DNA from: Lachnospiraceae bacterium | Lineage (GTDB): Bacteria > Bacillota > Clostridia > Lachnospirales > Lachnospiraceae | Length of the DNA: 59,446 nt | Assembly: GCA_017444675.1 (NCBI GenBank) | Contig: JAFSWD010000170.1 | Location: 1 to 59,446, forward strand | Reading direction: 5' to 3' | Shown: positions 37,797 to 48,131 of the stretch, one piece after another | How the letters are laid out: each line of letters opens with the position of its first letter | Numbering within the stretch: position 1 is the first letter of the stretch | Notes under the pieces: generated by a model | The model's input: the letters and a program-made list of their open reading frames with translations, nothing else | What the model was told of the DNA's origin: nothing | The model's database searches: none | Translations under genes and position numbers: made by a program

Positions 37797-38456
37797 ATGG
37801 AATTATTCAAAGATTATTTCGTTCTTCAGATCATTTTTTGTATCATCATGGGCTATGTGTTTGGGATCTTCTCATCCGGTTATTTTATCGGAAAGATCTA
37901 CCATGTGGACGTTAAATCCAAGGGTAGCGGAAATCTGGGAACCACCAATGTTTTAAGAGTTGTGGGGCTTAAAGCGGGGCTCATCACCCTTGTGATAGAT
38001 CTGGGCAAGACCATCATTCCCATGATGCTGACCAGATATGTGCTTTTCACTCAATATGAGGCTTTTTCCGGTCTCAGTCAGCTGTTGGTGCTTTACACGG
38101 CTCTGGGAGCTGTATGCGGTCATCTTTTCCCTTTCTACTTAAAGTTCAGAGGCGGAAAAGGAATAGCATGCATGGGAGCCTGCATGTTGATCTATGACTG
38201 GAGACTGGCAGCCATCGGACTTGTGCTTTTTATCTCTATACTGGTTATAACAAGATACATGTCCCTGGCCTCACTTACAGCATCCGTACTTTTTCCGATC
38301 TTTGTAGGCATTTCTTCCCACGGAGATCTTCATATGATCCTGGTCACTTTGCTTTTTACTGTTTCTGCTTTTTATAATCACAGGCAGAATATAGTCAGAC
38401 TTATTAATCACAACGAAAATAAGCTTACGGTAAAGAAAAAGGAGAAGAGTGAATAA
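37797..38456 (+). CDS. plsY: Glycerol-3-phosphate acyltransferase PlsY
   Basis: Polytopic membrane protein with GSGNLGTTNV and FRGGKG motifs. Confidence 0.93.
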   Translation: MELFKDYFVLQIIFCIIMGYVFGIFSSGYFIGKIYHVDVKSKGSGNLGTTNVLRVVGLKAGLITLVIDLGKTIIPMMLTRYVLFTQYEAFSGLSQLLVLYTALGAVCGHLFPFYLKFRGGKGIACMGACMLIYDWRLAAIGLVLFISILVITRYMSLASLTASVLFPIFVGISSHGDLHMILVTLLFTVSAFYNHRQNIVRLINHNENKLTVKKKEKSE

Positions 38457-39463
38457 TGAATATTACCGTTCTTGGAGCAGGAACATGGGGAACAGCATTA
38501 ACCATACTTTTAAACTCAAACAAACATAAGGTTACTCTTTGGAGTGCGATTGAAAAAGAGATATCCGCAATGGCTGCCGACAGATCCAGGATCAGGAATC
38601 TTCCCGGCGCTGTAATGCCTGAAGAGGTTAAACTTACGACAGATATAGAAGAAGCTCTTTCCGGTGAAAAAGATATCATCGTAATGGCTGTGGCGTCTAT
38701 ATATGCAAGAAAAACGGCTGCTCTCATCGCTCCCATGATAAAAAAAGGACAGATCATAGTAAATGTGGCTAAAGGTATCGAGGAAAAGAGTCTTTTGACC
38801 CTTACGGAAGTGATCTCAGATGAGATAAAACAGGCTGAAGTCTGCGTACTTTCAGGACCTACTCATGCTGAAGAAGTCTCGGTACATATACCTTCTACTA
38901 TTGTAGCAGGATCTCACAGCAAGGAAGCGGCGGAAAAGATCCAGGACGCATTTATGAACGATTATTTCAGAGTCTATACAAGTCCCGATGTTTTGGGCAT
39001 AGAACTTGGCGGCTCTTTAAAAAATGTTATAGCTCTTGCAGCGGGTATTGCCGACGGACTGGGATACGGTGACAATACAAAAGCCGCACTTATGACAAGA
39101 GGAATAGCTGAGATCACAAGACTTGGCATTAAAATGGGAGGTCATCCCGAGACTTTCTCCGGACTTTCCGGTATGGGAGACCTTATGGTTACATGTACAA
39201 GTAACCATTCCAGAAACAGGAACGCGGGATATCTTCTGGGACAGGGTAAATCCTGTGAAGCAGCCCTGAGTCTGATAGGCCAGACTGTAGAAGGTGTTTA
39301 CTGTGCAAAAGCAGCCCTTGCTCTTTCAAAGAAGTTTGACGTGAGCATGCCCATCGTGGAACAGGTCTGCATGGTGCTTTTTGAAGATAAACCCGCCATT
39401 GAAGCTGTCCACGATCTGTTTACAAGAGATAAGAAAGCGGAGCACAGCAGTCTTTCCTGGTAG
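38456..39463 (+). CDS. gpsA: NAD(P)H-dependent glycerol-3-phosphate dehydrogenase
   Basis: TAATG overlap with plsY. LGAGTWGTAL Rossmann motif, LKNVIALAAGI, GDLMVTCTS. Confidence 0.95.
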   Translation: MNITVLGAGTWGTALTILLNSNKHKVTLWSAIEKEISAMAADRSRIRNLPGAVMPEEVKLTTDIEEALSGEKDIIVMAVASIYARKTAALIAPMIKKGQIIVNVAKGIEEKSLLTLTEVISDEIKQAEVCVLSGPTHAEEVSVHIPSTIVAGSHSKEAAEKIQDAFMNDYFRVYTSPDVLGIELGGSLKNVIALAAGIADGLGYGDNTKAALMTRGIAEITRLGIKMGGHPETFSGLSGMGDLMVTCTSNHSRNRNAGYLLGQGKSCEAALSLIGQTVEGVYCAKAALALSKKFDVSMPIVEQVCMVLFEDKPAIEAVHDLFTRDKKAEHSSLSW

Positions 39464-39489
39464 GTTACGAGAAGGAGGTTGATCAAGGG

Positions 39490-40620
39490 ATGAAAGCAAA
39501 GAAGAAGGCTATGATCAAAAAGGCAAGAAAAAAAAGCCCTTTAACAATTACTTTAAGAACTCTGGGCATAGTTCTCGGCTGCCTTTTGGTGGTATTGATA
39601 GGATATGTGGCTTATTTCTTTTTAAGCTACAGCAGATTACCGGATAATTTTGAACTGAACCTTCATAAAAATGCGGAATTTGATCCTTCTTTAAAACCCG
39701 ATACCGAAAAGACCTTTTCCATCATGTCAAATAATGTGGGCTTCGGTGCTTATTCCTATGATTTTGATTTCTTCATGGACGGCGGTACCCAGTCCTGGGC
39801 TTTCTCCAAGGATGCGATATATAAAAACCTTAACGGGCAGATAAGCAAGCTTACAGCCCTCGATCCCGATTTTATAATGATCCAGGAGATAGATGAGGAT
39901 TCCACAAGATCTTATCATGTGAATGAGCTGGAATTTGTGAACCTCATGCTTAAGCCTTACAATTACACCTACGCATATAATTACTTTAAATCTTCATTTA
40001 TCGCCTATCCCTTTTTGCAGCCTCACGGCACCATAACATCAGGGATAGCCACCTATTCCAAATATGGTATAGAAAGCGGTTTAAGAAGAAGTCTTCCCAT
40101 AAATGAAAGCATTTCCAAAGTTTTAGACTTGGACAGATGTTATTCCATATCAAGAGTACCTTTGGATAACGGAAAATATCTTGTGCTCTTTAATGTGCAT
40201 CTTTCCGCTTACGGTTCAGACGAATCTGTAAGAGAAGGACAGACTTCCATGCTCTTTAATGACATGGTGGCAGAATACAATAAGGGAAATTATATTATCT
40301 GTGGCGGTGATTTTAATCACGATCTCCTCTTAAAAGAGGATGAAACAGGTTATTCCACCTGGGCCTGTGCATTCCCGAGAAGTGCCATTCCTGAGCATTT
40401 TTCACTTGCCATGGACCTTTTCGGAGAAGACTATAAGCACAGTCTTGACATGACCTGCAGAGATTGTGACGAACCCTATACCAAGGGCCACACCAATGAG
40501 TTTATAGTGGACGGTTTCATTGTATCGGACAATGTTAACGTTCTTTCCTATGAAAATTTAAATACAGGATATCTGTATTCTGACCACGAACCTGTTTATA
40601 TGACATTTGATCTTAAGTGA
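39490..40620 (+). CDS. Membrane-anchored endonuclease/exonuclease/phosphatase (EEP) family protein
   Basis: Basic N-terminus plus one TM (LGIVLGCLLVVLIGYVAYFFL). EEP catalytic landmarks IMIQEID, FNVHLSAY, GGDFNHD, SDHEPV. Confidence 0.8.
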   Translation: MKAKKKAMIKKARKKSPLTITLRTLGIVLGCLLVVLIGYVAYFFLSYSRLPDNFELNLHKNAEFDPSLKPDTEKTFSIMSNNVGFGAYSYDFDFFMDGGTQSWAFSKDAIYKNLNGQISKLTALDPDFIMIQEIDEDSTRSYHVNELEFVNLMLKPYNYTYAYNYFKSSFIAYPFLQPHGTITSGIATYSKYGIESGLRRSLPINESISKVLDLDRCYSISRVPLDNGKYLVLFNVHLSAYGSDESVREGQTSMLFNDMVAEYNKGNYIICGGDFNHDLLLKEDETGYSTWACAFPRSAIPEHFSLAMDLFGEDYKHSLDMTCRDCDEPYTKGHTNEFIVDGFIVSDNVNVLSYENLNTGYLYSDHEPVYMTFDLK

Positions 40621-40784
40621 CAGGGGGAAACATGGTTAAAAAGGGGAAATCAAAACAACATGCATAATAACGGGATCGGCCTTTTCTTTCGTGATGTTCC
40701 ACGGATCAGAAGATGCCGATTTTGTTACGCTTAAGAAAGGGCTACGCTAAAGATCTTTTTAGCTTAAGATCAAGGGAGAGAAAA

Positions 40785-42479
40785 ATGGAATTTCTTTATT
40801 TATTACTGGCGGCTTTTGTATTTTTCATTGTAAAAGGTCTGATCGACAAACACAGAAACGCGATAAAACTCCATCAAAGGATAGAAAGAGAATACGGAAC
40901 ATTTAACGAAGAGGATGACTTTAACATCCTTTACGGCGAAGATGCAAAAGTGTTTTTTGCGGAAGAAAGAGCCAGAAATGACCGATTTGTAATAGATGAT
41001 ATAACGGCTAACGATCTGGATCTGGATCTTATTTATCTTATGACAGACAAGACAGGCTCCGCAGCCGGTTCTGTTTGTTATTACAACATGCTGAGAACTC
41101 CCACCTTCGATGAGAGTGAACTGAAAAAAAGAGAAGATATAATCAGCTATTTTTCCGAAAACAAGGAAAAAAGGGTAAATACCCAGATGACCTTTACAAA
41201 CATGTCCAAAAGTCACGGCTTTCACCTTTATTTTATTCTGGAGCAGTTTAAAAGCACTCTGGATGCCAATGCCTTTTCCCAATATTTAAATATATTCCTG
41301 CTTGTGGCAGCCGTTATTTTTGCTGTGATCAATAACACGCCCGGTTCATTGCTTTTCCCCATTGGAGTTATTATTTACAATATAACCACCTATTATATGG
41401 CAAAGTCAAAAACCGACAGCTATATATATGCCATCAGGAACATCATTTCCATCATAAATGCAGGACACAGACTTGTAGATGCTGATATTCCGGTTCTTAA
41501 GGAAGAGAACGAAAAGTTAAAAAAGCTCCTTCCAAAACTCAGACCCGTAAAGAAGGCTTCCTGGGCTATAAGAGAAACTGTGTCCATGGATATAGGCTCC
41601 ATTCTTTTGGACTATGCAAATCTGATCTTTCATTTTGATCTGATCTCATTAAACAATGCGGCTAAAAGTGCGGCAAAAGAGACAGATACGATAATAGATC
41701 TGTATAAGACCGTAGGATATATAGATGCTCTTATCTGTGTGAGCAGTATGAGAGCATCCTCTAAGAAGTGGTGTGTTCCCGAGCTTACAAAAGAAGGAAA
41801 GCCTCATGTATCTTTTAAGGGGGCTTATCATTTCCTTTTGAACGATCCCGTAACTTCGGATCTGGATACCGAAAACCATGTATTGATCACAGGCTCCAAT
41901 GCTTCGGGTAAATCCACCTTCTTAAAAACAGTGGCACTTAATGCCATTTTTTCTCAAACTATTCATACATGCTTTGCGGAAAGCTACAGCGGTTCATTCT
42001 TTAAGACCATGACCGGCATGTCCCTTTCCGATGACATAGTATCGGGTGAAAGCTATTACATCACCGAGATCAAAGCTTTGAAACGTATAATGGATGAGGG
42101 CGGAGAATACCCCGTTCTTTGCTTTGTTGATGAAGTGTTGCGCGGTACAAATACCGTCGAAAGAATAGCCGCCTCCACTTCCTCTCTCAAATATCTTGCG
42201 GATCAGAACAAACTGGTATTTGCGGCCACTCATGACATTGAACTCACCACGCTTCTTAAGGACATTTATCTTAATTATCATTTTGAAGAGAGTCTGGATG
42301 AAGATGGAGACGTTTACTTTGATTATGTTTTAAAAACAGGTCCGTCCAAAACCCGTAATGCCATATTAATGCTAAAGACGTACGGATATGATGAACGGAT
42401 AATCCAAAACGCTACGGCCCTTGCAGAGGAATTCGTTGCAAGCGGCACCTGGAATAATCCTTCGGAGGCAAAAGGATAA
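40785..42479 (+). CDS. Membrane-anchored MutS-family ATPase paralog (MutS domain V, no mismatch-recognition domain)
   Basis: ATG 40785 follows GGGAG. N-terminal TM helix plus 2 internal TMs. Walker A GSNASGKST, Walker B CFVDEVLRGTN, ATHD. No GxFYE mismatch motif. Its stop overlaps the mutS start (TAATG). Confidence 0.8.
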   Translation: MEFLYLLLAAFVFFIVKGLIDKHRNAIKLHQRIEREYGTFNEEDDFNILYGEDAKVFFAEERARNDRFVIDDITANDLDLDLIYLMTDKTGSAAGSVCYYNMLRTPTFDESELKKREDIISYFSENKEKRVNTQMTFTNMSKSHGFHLYFILEQFKSTLDANAFSQYLNIFLLVAAVIFAVINNTPGSLLFPIGVIIYNITTYYMAKSKTDSYIYAIRNIISIINAGHRLVDADIPVLKEENEKLKKLLPKLRPVKKASWAIRETVSMDIGSILLDYANLIFHFDLISLNNAAKSAAKETDTIIDLYKTVGYIDALICVSSMRASSKKWCVPELTKEGKPHVSFKGAYHFLLNDPVTSDLDTENHVLITGSNASGKSTFLKTVALNAIFSQTIHTCFAESYSGSFFKTMTGMSLSDDIVSGESYYITEIKALKRIMDEGGEYPVLCFVDEVLRGTNTVERIAASTSSLKYLADQNKLVFAATHDIELTTLLKDIYLNYHFEESLDEDGDVYFDYVLKTGPSKTRNAILMLKTYGYDERIIQNATALAEEFVASGTWNNPSEAKG

Positions 42480-45172
42480 TGGATATCAATCAGGCAGATG
42501 TTTCGCCGATGATGGCGAAGTATCTTGAAACAAAAGCTTTATACAGAGACTGCATCCTGTTTTACCGTTTGGGAGATTTTTATGAAATGTTCTTTGATGA
42601 TGCGATCACGGCATCCAGAGAACTTGAACTCACACTTACGGGTAAAGCCTGCGGTCTTGAGGAAAGAGCACCCATGTGCGGGATCCCCCATCATGCGGTG
42701 GATGTTTATCTGGACAGACTGGTGGCTAAGGGCTACAAGGTGGCCATCTGTGAGCAGACAGAAGATCCCAAACAGGCAAAAGGCCTTGTAAAAAGGGAAG
42801 TCACACGTATAGTCACTCCCGGTACAAATCTTAATGTAGGTAACGGAAACGATGCATCACACAATTATCTTATGAGCATAGTCTATGTGGACGGAGCTTT
42901 CGGCCTTTCCACAGTGGATGTGTCCACAGGAGATTTCCTTGTAACCGAAGTGAACGGTCTTTCGGAGGCTTTGGATGAGATCACCAGATTTTCTCCCTCG
43001 GAGATCATCTGTAATTCATCCTGCATAGTTTCCGGCTTGGATCTGGACGGATTAAAAGAGAAGATGAATATCTTCGTATCCGTTCTGGATGACTTTGTTT
43101 TCAGTGAAGATGAAAGTGAAAAGGCAATTACGCTTCATTTCGGTGAAAACAGTCCGAATCTCTCAATTACAGGGATTCCCATCGGGCGTCTGGCTGCCGG
43201 AGGTTTGCTTAAGTATCTTTTTGATACCCAAAAGAATTCTCTTCTGCATATAACCAGACTCGAACAATACTTCGTGGGAAGATATATGATCATTGACAAT
43301 TCCACGAGAAGAAATCTTGAGCTTACGGAAACAATGAGGGAAAAGAACAAGAGAGGCTCACTTTTCGGCATCCTCGATAAAACCAAGACTGCCATGGGCG
43401 GGCGTCTTTTAAAGAATTTCATCGAACAGCCCCTGATCAAAAAGAATGAGATAAACGAAAGACTGGATGCGGTTCAGGAATTGAACGATAATGCCATAAG
43501 TCGAGAAGAACTGATGGAATATCTGGATGCCATTTACGATCTTGAAAGACTGATGAGTAAGGTGTCCTACAGATCTGCCAATCCCAGAGATATGATAGCC
43601 CTTTGTTCTTCCCTTAAGATGCTTCCGTTTATAAAAGGCATAGCTAAAGAGTTTTCAAGTGATTTCTGGAAAAAGCAGCAGGATGAGATAGACGAACTTA
43701 AGGATCTGGCAGATCTTATTGATTCCTGTATAGCAGAAGAACCTCCTTTACAGATAAAAGAAGGAGGAATTATTAAAACCGGCTATAATCCGGAAGTAGA
43801 CAGACTCAGAAGTGCCAAGACCGACGGTAAAAGCTGGCTCATGCAACTGGAGACCAAGGCAAAAGAAGAAACAGGTATTAAAAACCTTAAGATAAAATAC
43901 AACCGTGTTTTCGGATATTACTTTGAAGTCACCAATTCCTTTAAAGATCTGGTCCCTCCGGACTGGATAAGGAAACAGACTCTGGCCGGTGCGGAAAGAT
44001 ATACCAATGAAGAGTTAAAAAAGATAGAAGAAGATATTCTGGGCGCTGAGGATAAGCTGTTCTCGCTGGAATATGATCTTTTTGATGACTTAAGAGACAG
44101 AGTGGCGGGAGAGGTTACCCGTATCCAGCAATCAGCCAGAGCTATTGCCTATATAGACGTTATATGCTCGCTTTCCAAAGTGGCCTCTGATCACAATTAT
44201 GTTCGCCCTGAGATCACAGACGACGGAGTGATCCATATTAAAGGCGGAAGACATCCTGTGGTGGAACAGATGCTGGTAAATGACATGTTCATCGAAAACG
44301 ATACCTTCCTGGACAATAATGAGCACAGGATATCGATAATCACAGGTCCCAACATGGCAGGAAAATCCACCTACATGAGACAGACGGCTTTGATCGTACT
44401 CATGGCTCAATTGGGATCCTTTGTACCGGCTGCAAGCGCAAAGATCGGTATATGTGACAGGATATTTACAAGAGTGGGAGCTTCCGACGATCTGGCCAGC
44501 GGTCAATCTACATTTATGGTGGAAATGAATGAAGTAGCCAATATCCTTAAAAATGCCACAAAGAAGAGTCTTCTTATCCTGGATGAGATAGGCAGAGGTA
44601 CCAGTACCTATGACGGTTTAAGTATTGCCTGGGCAGTGGTGGAACATATAGCTGACACCAAAAAGCTGGGAGCCAAAGCGCTGTTTGCCACCCACTATCA
44701 TGAACTTACGGAACTGGAAGGCAGACTTAAGGGTGTAAACAATTATTGTATAGCCGTTAAAGAACAGGGTGACAGCATAATCTTCCTGAGAAAGATAATT
44801 AAGGGCGGAGCGGATAAGAGCTACGGTATCCAGGTCGCAAGGCTTGCGGGGCTTCCCGAAGAGGTGCTTAAAAGAGCGGCAGAGATATCCGATGAATTGG
44901 TCAAAAACGATATAATTTCCGAGGATATATTTGACGAAGCGGTTCACAACGAAAAGAAGCCCAGGAAGAAAGAAAAGAATGATGATCTTATAGACGGTCA
45001 GCTTTCATTTTTCGAGGAGCCTCCGGAAGACAAACCCGCACCTGCTGCAGAACCTGTCTTTTCACCTAAATATAAAAACGTTATTGACGAATTACTCAGT
45101 TTAAACGTTCAGACCATGACACCCCTTGATGCACTTAACGTGCTTTACAGACTTAAGGAAAAATGCAGATGA
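42479..45172 (+). CDS. mutS: DNA mismatch repair protein MutS
   Basis: Mismatch motif RLGDFYEMFFDDA, Walker A GPNMAGKST, DEIGRGTSTYDG, ATHYHEL. Confidence 0.97.
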   Translation: MDINQADVSPMMAKYLETKALYRDCILFYRLGDFYEMFFDDAITASRELELTLTGKACGLEERAPMCGIPHHAVDVYLDRLVAKGYKVAICEQTEDPKQAKGLVKREVTRIVTPGTNLNVGNGNDASHNYLMSIVYVDGAFGLSTVDVSTGDFLVTEVNGLSEALDEITRFSPSEIICNSSCIVSGLDLDGLKEKMNIFVSVLDDFVFSEDESEKAITLHFGENSPNLSITGIPIGRLAAGGLLKYLFDTQKNSLLHITRLEQYFVGRYMIIDNSTRRNLELTETMREKNKRGSLFGILDKTKTAMGGRLLKNFIEQPLIKKNEINERLDAVQELNDNAISREELMEYLDAIYDLERLMSKVSYRSANPRDMIALCSSLKMLPFIKGIAKEFSSDFWKKQQDEIDELKDLADLIDSCIAEEPPLQIKEGGIIKTGYNPEVDRLRSAKTDGKSWLMQLETKAKEETGIKNLKIKYNRVFGYYFEVTNSFKDLVPPDWIRKQTLAGAERYTNEELKKIEEDILGAEDKLFSLEYDLFDDLRDRVAGEVTRIQQSARAIAYIDVICSLSKVASDHNYVRPEITDDGVIHIKGGRHPVVEQMLVNDMFIENDTFLDNNEHRISIITGPNMAGKSTYMRQTALIVLMAQLGSFVPAASAKIGICDRIFTRVGASDDLASGQSTFMVEMNEVANILKNATKKSLLILDEIGRGTSTYDGLSIAWAVVEHIADTKKLGAKALFATHYHELTELEGRLKGVNNYCIAVKEQGDSIIFLRKIIKGGADKSYGIQVARLAGLPEEVLKRAAEISDELVKNDIISEDIFDEAVHNEKKPRKKEKNDDLIDGQLSFFEEPPEDKPAPAAEPVFSPKYKNVIDELLSLNVQTMTPLDALNVLYRLKEKCR

Positions 45173-47196
45173 TTACAGTTCTTGACAAAAACACCATCGA
45201 TCAGATAGCCGCAGGCGAGGTTATAGAAAGACCTGCTTCGGTAGTAAAGGAACTTACGGAAAATGCTCTGGATGCGGGAGCTACGGCTGTGACGATCGAA
45301 ATAAAAGAAGGCGGTCTTTCTCTTATCAGGATCACGGATAACGGTTCAGGTATCAATGCATCGGAAGTAAAAACCGCATTTTTAAGACATGCCACCAGCA
45401 AGATCAAAAATGCTTCGGATCTAATGACGCTTACAAGCCTGGGATTCAGAGGTGAGGCCCTTTCAAGTATTGCAAGCATAGCCAAAGTGGAAGTGCTTAC
45501 CAAGACTGCCGATGCTTTTACCGGAACAAGATATGTTATAGAAGGCGGAGAAGAAAAGGCTTTTGAGGATGTGGGCTGTCCGGATGGCACCACAATGCTG
45601 ATCAAAGACATATTCTTTAATACTCCCGTCAGAAGAAAATTCCTTAAATCCGCTTCAACGGAAGCGGGTTATATATGCGAAACCGTTGAAAAACTTGCTT
45701 TAAGCCATACGGATATATCATTTAAGCTGATCGGAAACGGAAGGATCATCCTTCATACCACCGGTAAAGGCAAACTTCAGGACGATTTTCTTGAACTTTA
45801 CGGTCTTGATATCGCAAAGTCTCTGATAAGCATATCCGAAACCAACGATGACCCGGAAATAAAGGTAAAGGGAGTGGTTGCAAAGCCATATATTTCAAGA
45901 GGAAACAGAGAACTTGAGGCCTTTTTCATTAACGGAAGATTCATTAGATCAAAGGTCGTTGCAAATGCCCTTGAAGATGCCTTCAAAGGCTATATGATGG
46001 GCCACAGTTATCCCGTAGCTGCTATTTACCTTGAAACGCCTTCTGATTTTGTGGATGTAAACGTGCATCCTTCAAAACTTGAAATACGTTTTTCGGATAA
46101 CGATATCATCTATAAAATGGTTTATAAAGCTGTCAGAGATGCCCTGACGGGTAAGAACATGATAGTCAGTAACATCCTTAAGGACAAAAAGGATGTTGAA
46201 GCCGAAAAAGAAGCAAAGAAAGAAGCGTTGAACTCTGTCCATATTCCGGAGCCCTTTGAAACGAAGATCCCCAAGGAAATGGTACCTTTTTCCGCAAGCC
46301 TGCCCGAGAATGCTGTTCAAAAAGATAAGCCGGAGATCAAAAAGCCGGAGATAGTAAACGAATACTCAAATCATCTTGAGCCTTTTATTAAAAGTCCGGT
46401 AAAACCGGAAGAAAAGCTTCCCGTAAATACGGCTGTGCCGAGACCTGAAGATGAGGTTATAAAGGAACCCGCAAAAGAGCCCGATGAGCCTTTAAAAGAG
46501 GTTATCAACAAACCTTTGACTCAAGAGGAATATATTAAAGAATTTATAGATAAAAGCAACAGTATCACGGATGTTCAACAGACCGAGCTTCCCCTGGATC
46601 TTTATAAGGACAAAAAGAATGAGATCCGTCTGGTGGGACAGGTGTTTAAGACCTATTGGATAGTAGAAATGGGTGACACCGTGTTTATGATCGATCAGCA
46701 TGCGGCCCATGAGAAGGTGCTTTTTGAAAAGACCATGAGAAAGATAAGGGCTAAGGAGCAGTTCCTTTCCCAGACTCTGCTTCCTCCCGCAATAATCTCA
46801 CTTTCCATGAGAGAGTCCGAATGCCTCGTTAAGAACATGAAAGTCTTTGAAAAACTGGGCTTTGAGCTTGAAGAATTCGGTCCCCGCGAATTTAAAGTCA
46901 CGGGTGTTCCGGCAGAACTTGTGGATATAGATCATGAGGAACTCTTTAAGGAGATACTGGATGATCTTTTGAACGGAAGAGATGCCGGGAGTCCCGAGAC
47001 CATGCTGGACAGAGTGGCCACCATATCCTGTAAGGCTGCCATCAAGGGCAATAACTATATTACCTTTGAAGAAGCCGAGACGTTGATAAAAGATATGTTT
47101 GAGCTGGATGATCCCTATCATTGCCCACACGGAAGACCTACAACCATATCCATGACCAAGGCGGATATGGATAAAAAATTCAAGAGAGTGCTTTGA
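45169..47196 (+). CDS. mutL: DNA mismatch repair protein MutL
   Basis: ATGA overlap with the mutS stop. MITVLDKNTIDQIAAGEVIERPASVVKELTENALDAG GHKL ATPase. C-terminal endonuclease region (DQHAAHEK, CPHGRP). An in-frame ATG also lies 6 nt upstream (45163). Confidence 0.96.
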   Translation: MITVLDKNTIDQIAAGEVIERPASVVKELTENALDAGATAVTIEIKEGGLSLIRITDNGSGINASEVKTAFLRHATSKIKNASDLMTLTSLGFRGEALSSIASIAKVEVLTKTADAFTGTRYVIEGGEEKAFEDVGCPDGTTMLIKDIFFNTPVRRKFLKSASTEAGYICETVEKLALSHTDISFKLIGNGRIILHTTGKGKLQDDFLELYGLDIAKSLISISETNDDPEIKVKGVVAKPYISRGNRELEAFFINGRFIRSKVVANALEDAFKGYMMGHSYPVAAIYLETPSDFVDVNVHPSKLEIRFSDNDIIYKMVYKAVRDALTGKNMIVSNILKDKKDVEAEKEAKKEALNSVHIPEPFETKIPKEMVPFSASLPENAVQKDKPEIKKPEIVNEYSNHLEPFIKSPVKPEEKLPVNTAVPRPEDEVIKEPAKEPDEPLKEVINKPLTQEEYIKEFIDKSNSITDVQQTELPLDLYKDKKNEIRLVGQVFKTYWIVEMGDTVFMIDQHAAHEKVLFEKTMRKIRAKEQFLSQTLLPPAIISLSMRESECLVKNMKVFEKLGFELEEFGPREFKVTGVPAELVDIDHEELFKEILDDLLNGRDAGSPETMLDRVATISCKAAIKGNNYITFEEAETLIKDMFELDDPYHCPHGRPTTISMTKADMDKKFKRVL

Positions 47197-48116
47197 TGAA
47201 TAATAAATTAGTGATAATTGGCGGGCCTACAGCTGTGGGAAAGACCAAAATATCAATCGAGCTTGCAAAAAGAATATCAGGCGAGATCATATCCGCAGAT
47301 TCCATGCAGGTCTACAAAGGCATGGATATAGGAACAGCCAAGGTCACAGCGGAAGAGATGCAGGGTGTTCCCCACCATATGATAGATATTCTGGATCCAA
47401 AGGAAGATTTTAATGTTGTTGAATTTTCCAAAAGGGTAAAGGAGATCATTTCATACCTTCATGAAAAGGACAGGATCCCGATCCTTGTGGGAGGTACAGG
47501 CTTTTATATCCAGTCTGTTCTGTATGACATAGATTTTACCGACAATGACAATGACATGACCTTTAGGCATGAACTGGAAGAAGAAGCGAAGATAAAAGGC
47601 GGAGAAGTGCTTCATGAAAGACTTAAGGCAATAGATCCCGAAGCTGCCGAAAGCATCCATCCCAATAATGTGAAAAGGGTCATCCGTGCCCTGGAATTCT
47701 ATGAAAAGAGCAAGGGAAAGATATCTGAACACAACAAGGAACAACGGGCCAAAAAATCCCCCTATGAATACCATTATTTTGCCCTTACCAATGAAAGAAG
47801 CCGTATATATGATAATATTGAAAAGCGGGTGGATCTGATGCTGGATATGGGACTGGTAGAGGAGGTCAGGACACTTCTGAAAAACGGGGTGCCAAGAACC
47901 AATGTTTCCATGCAGGGCCTGGGGTACAAGGAGATTGCTGCTTTTATCGAGGGCGAGATCAGCCTGGATGAAGCAATATATATATTAAAAAGAGATACCA
48001 GACATTTTGCGAAAAGGCAGATCACCTGGCTTAAAAGAGAACCGGATGTTATCTGGTTTGACAAGAGCAGGATGTCGGATGAAGAAATATTAAGTGATAT
48101 GATAAACATGATATAA
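47193..48116 (+). CDS. miaA: tRNA dimethylallyltransferase
   Basis: ATGA overlap with mutL. GPTAVGKT P-loop, SADSMQVYKGMDIGTAK, GGTGFY. Confidence 0.95.
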   Translation: MMNNKLVIIGGPTAVGKTKISIELAKRISGEIISADSMQVYKGMDIGTAKVTAEEMQGVPHHMIDILDPKEDFNVVEFSKRVKEIISYLHEKDRIPILVGGTGFYIQSVLYDIDFTDNDNDMTFRHELEEEAKIKGGEVLHERLKAIDPEAAESIHPNNVKRVIRALEFYEKSKGKISEHNKEQRAKKSPYEYHYFALTNERSRIYDNIEKRVDLMLDMGLVEEVRTLLKNGVPRTNVSMQGLGYKEIAAFIEGEISLDEAIYILKRDTRHFAKRQITWLKREPDVIWFDKSRMSDEEILSDMINMI

Positions 48117-48131
48117 ATGAATGGAGCTAAG

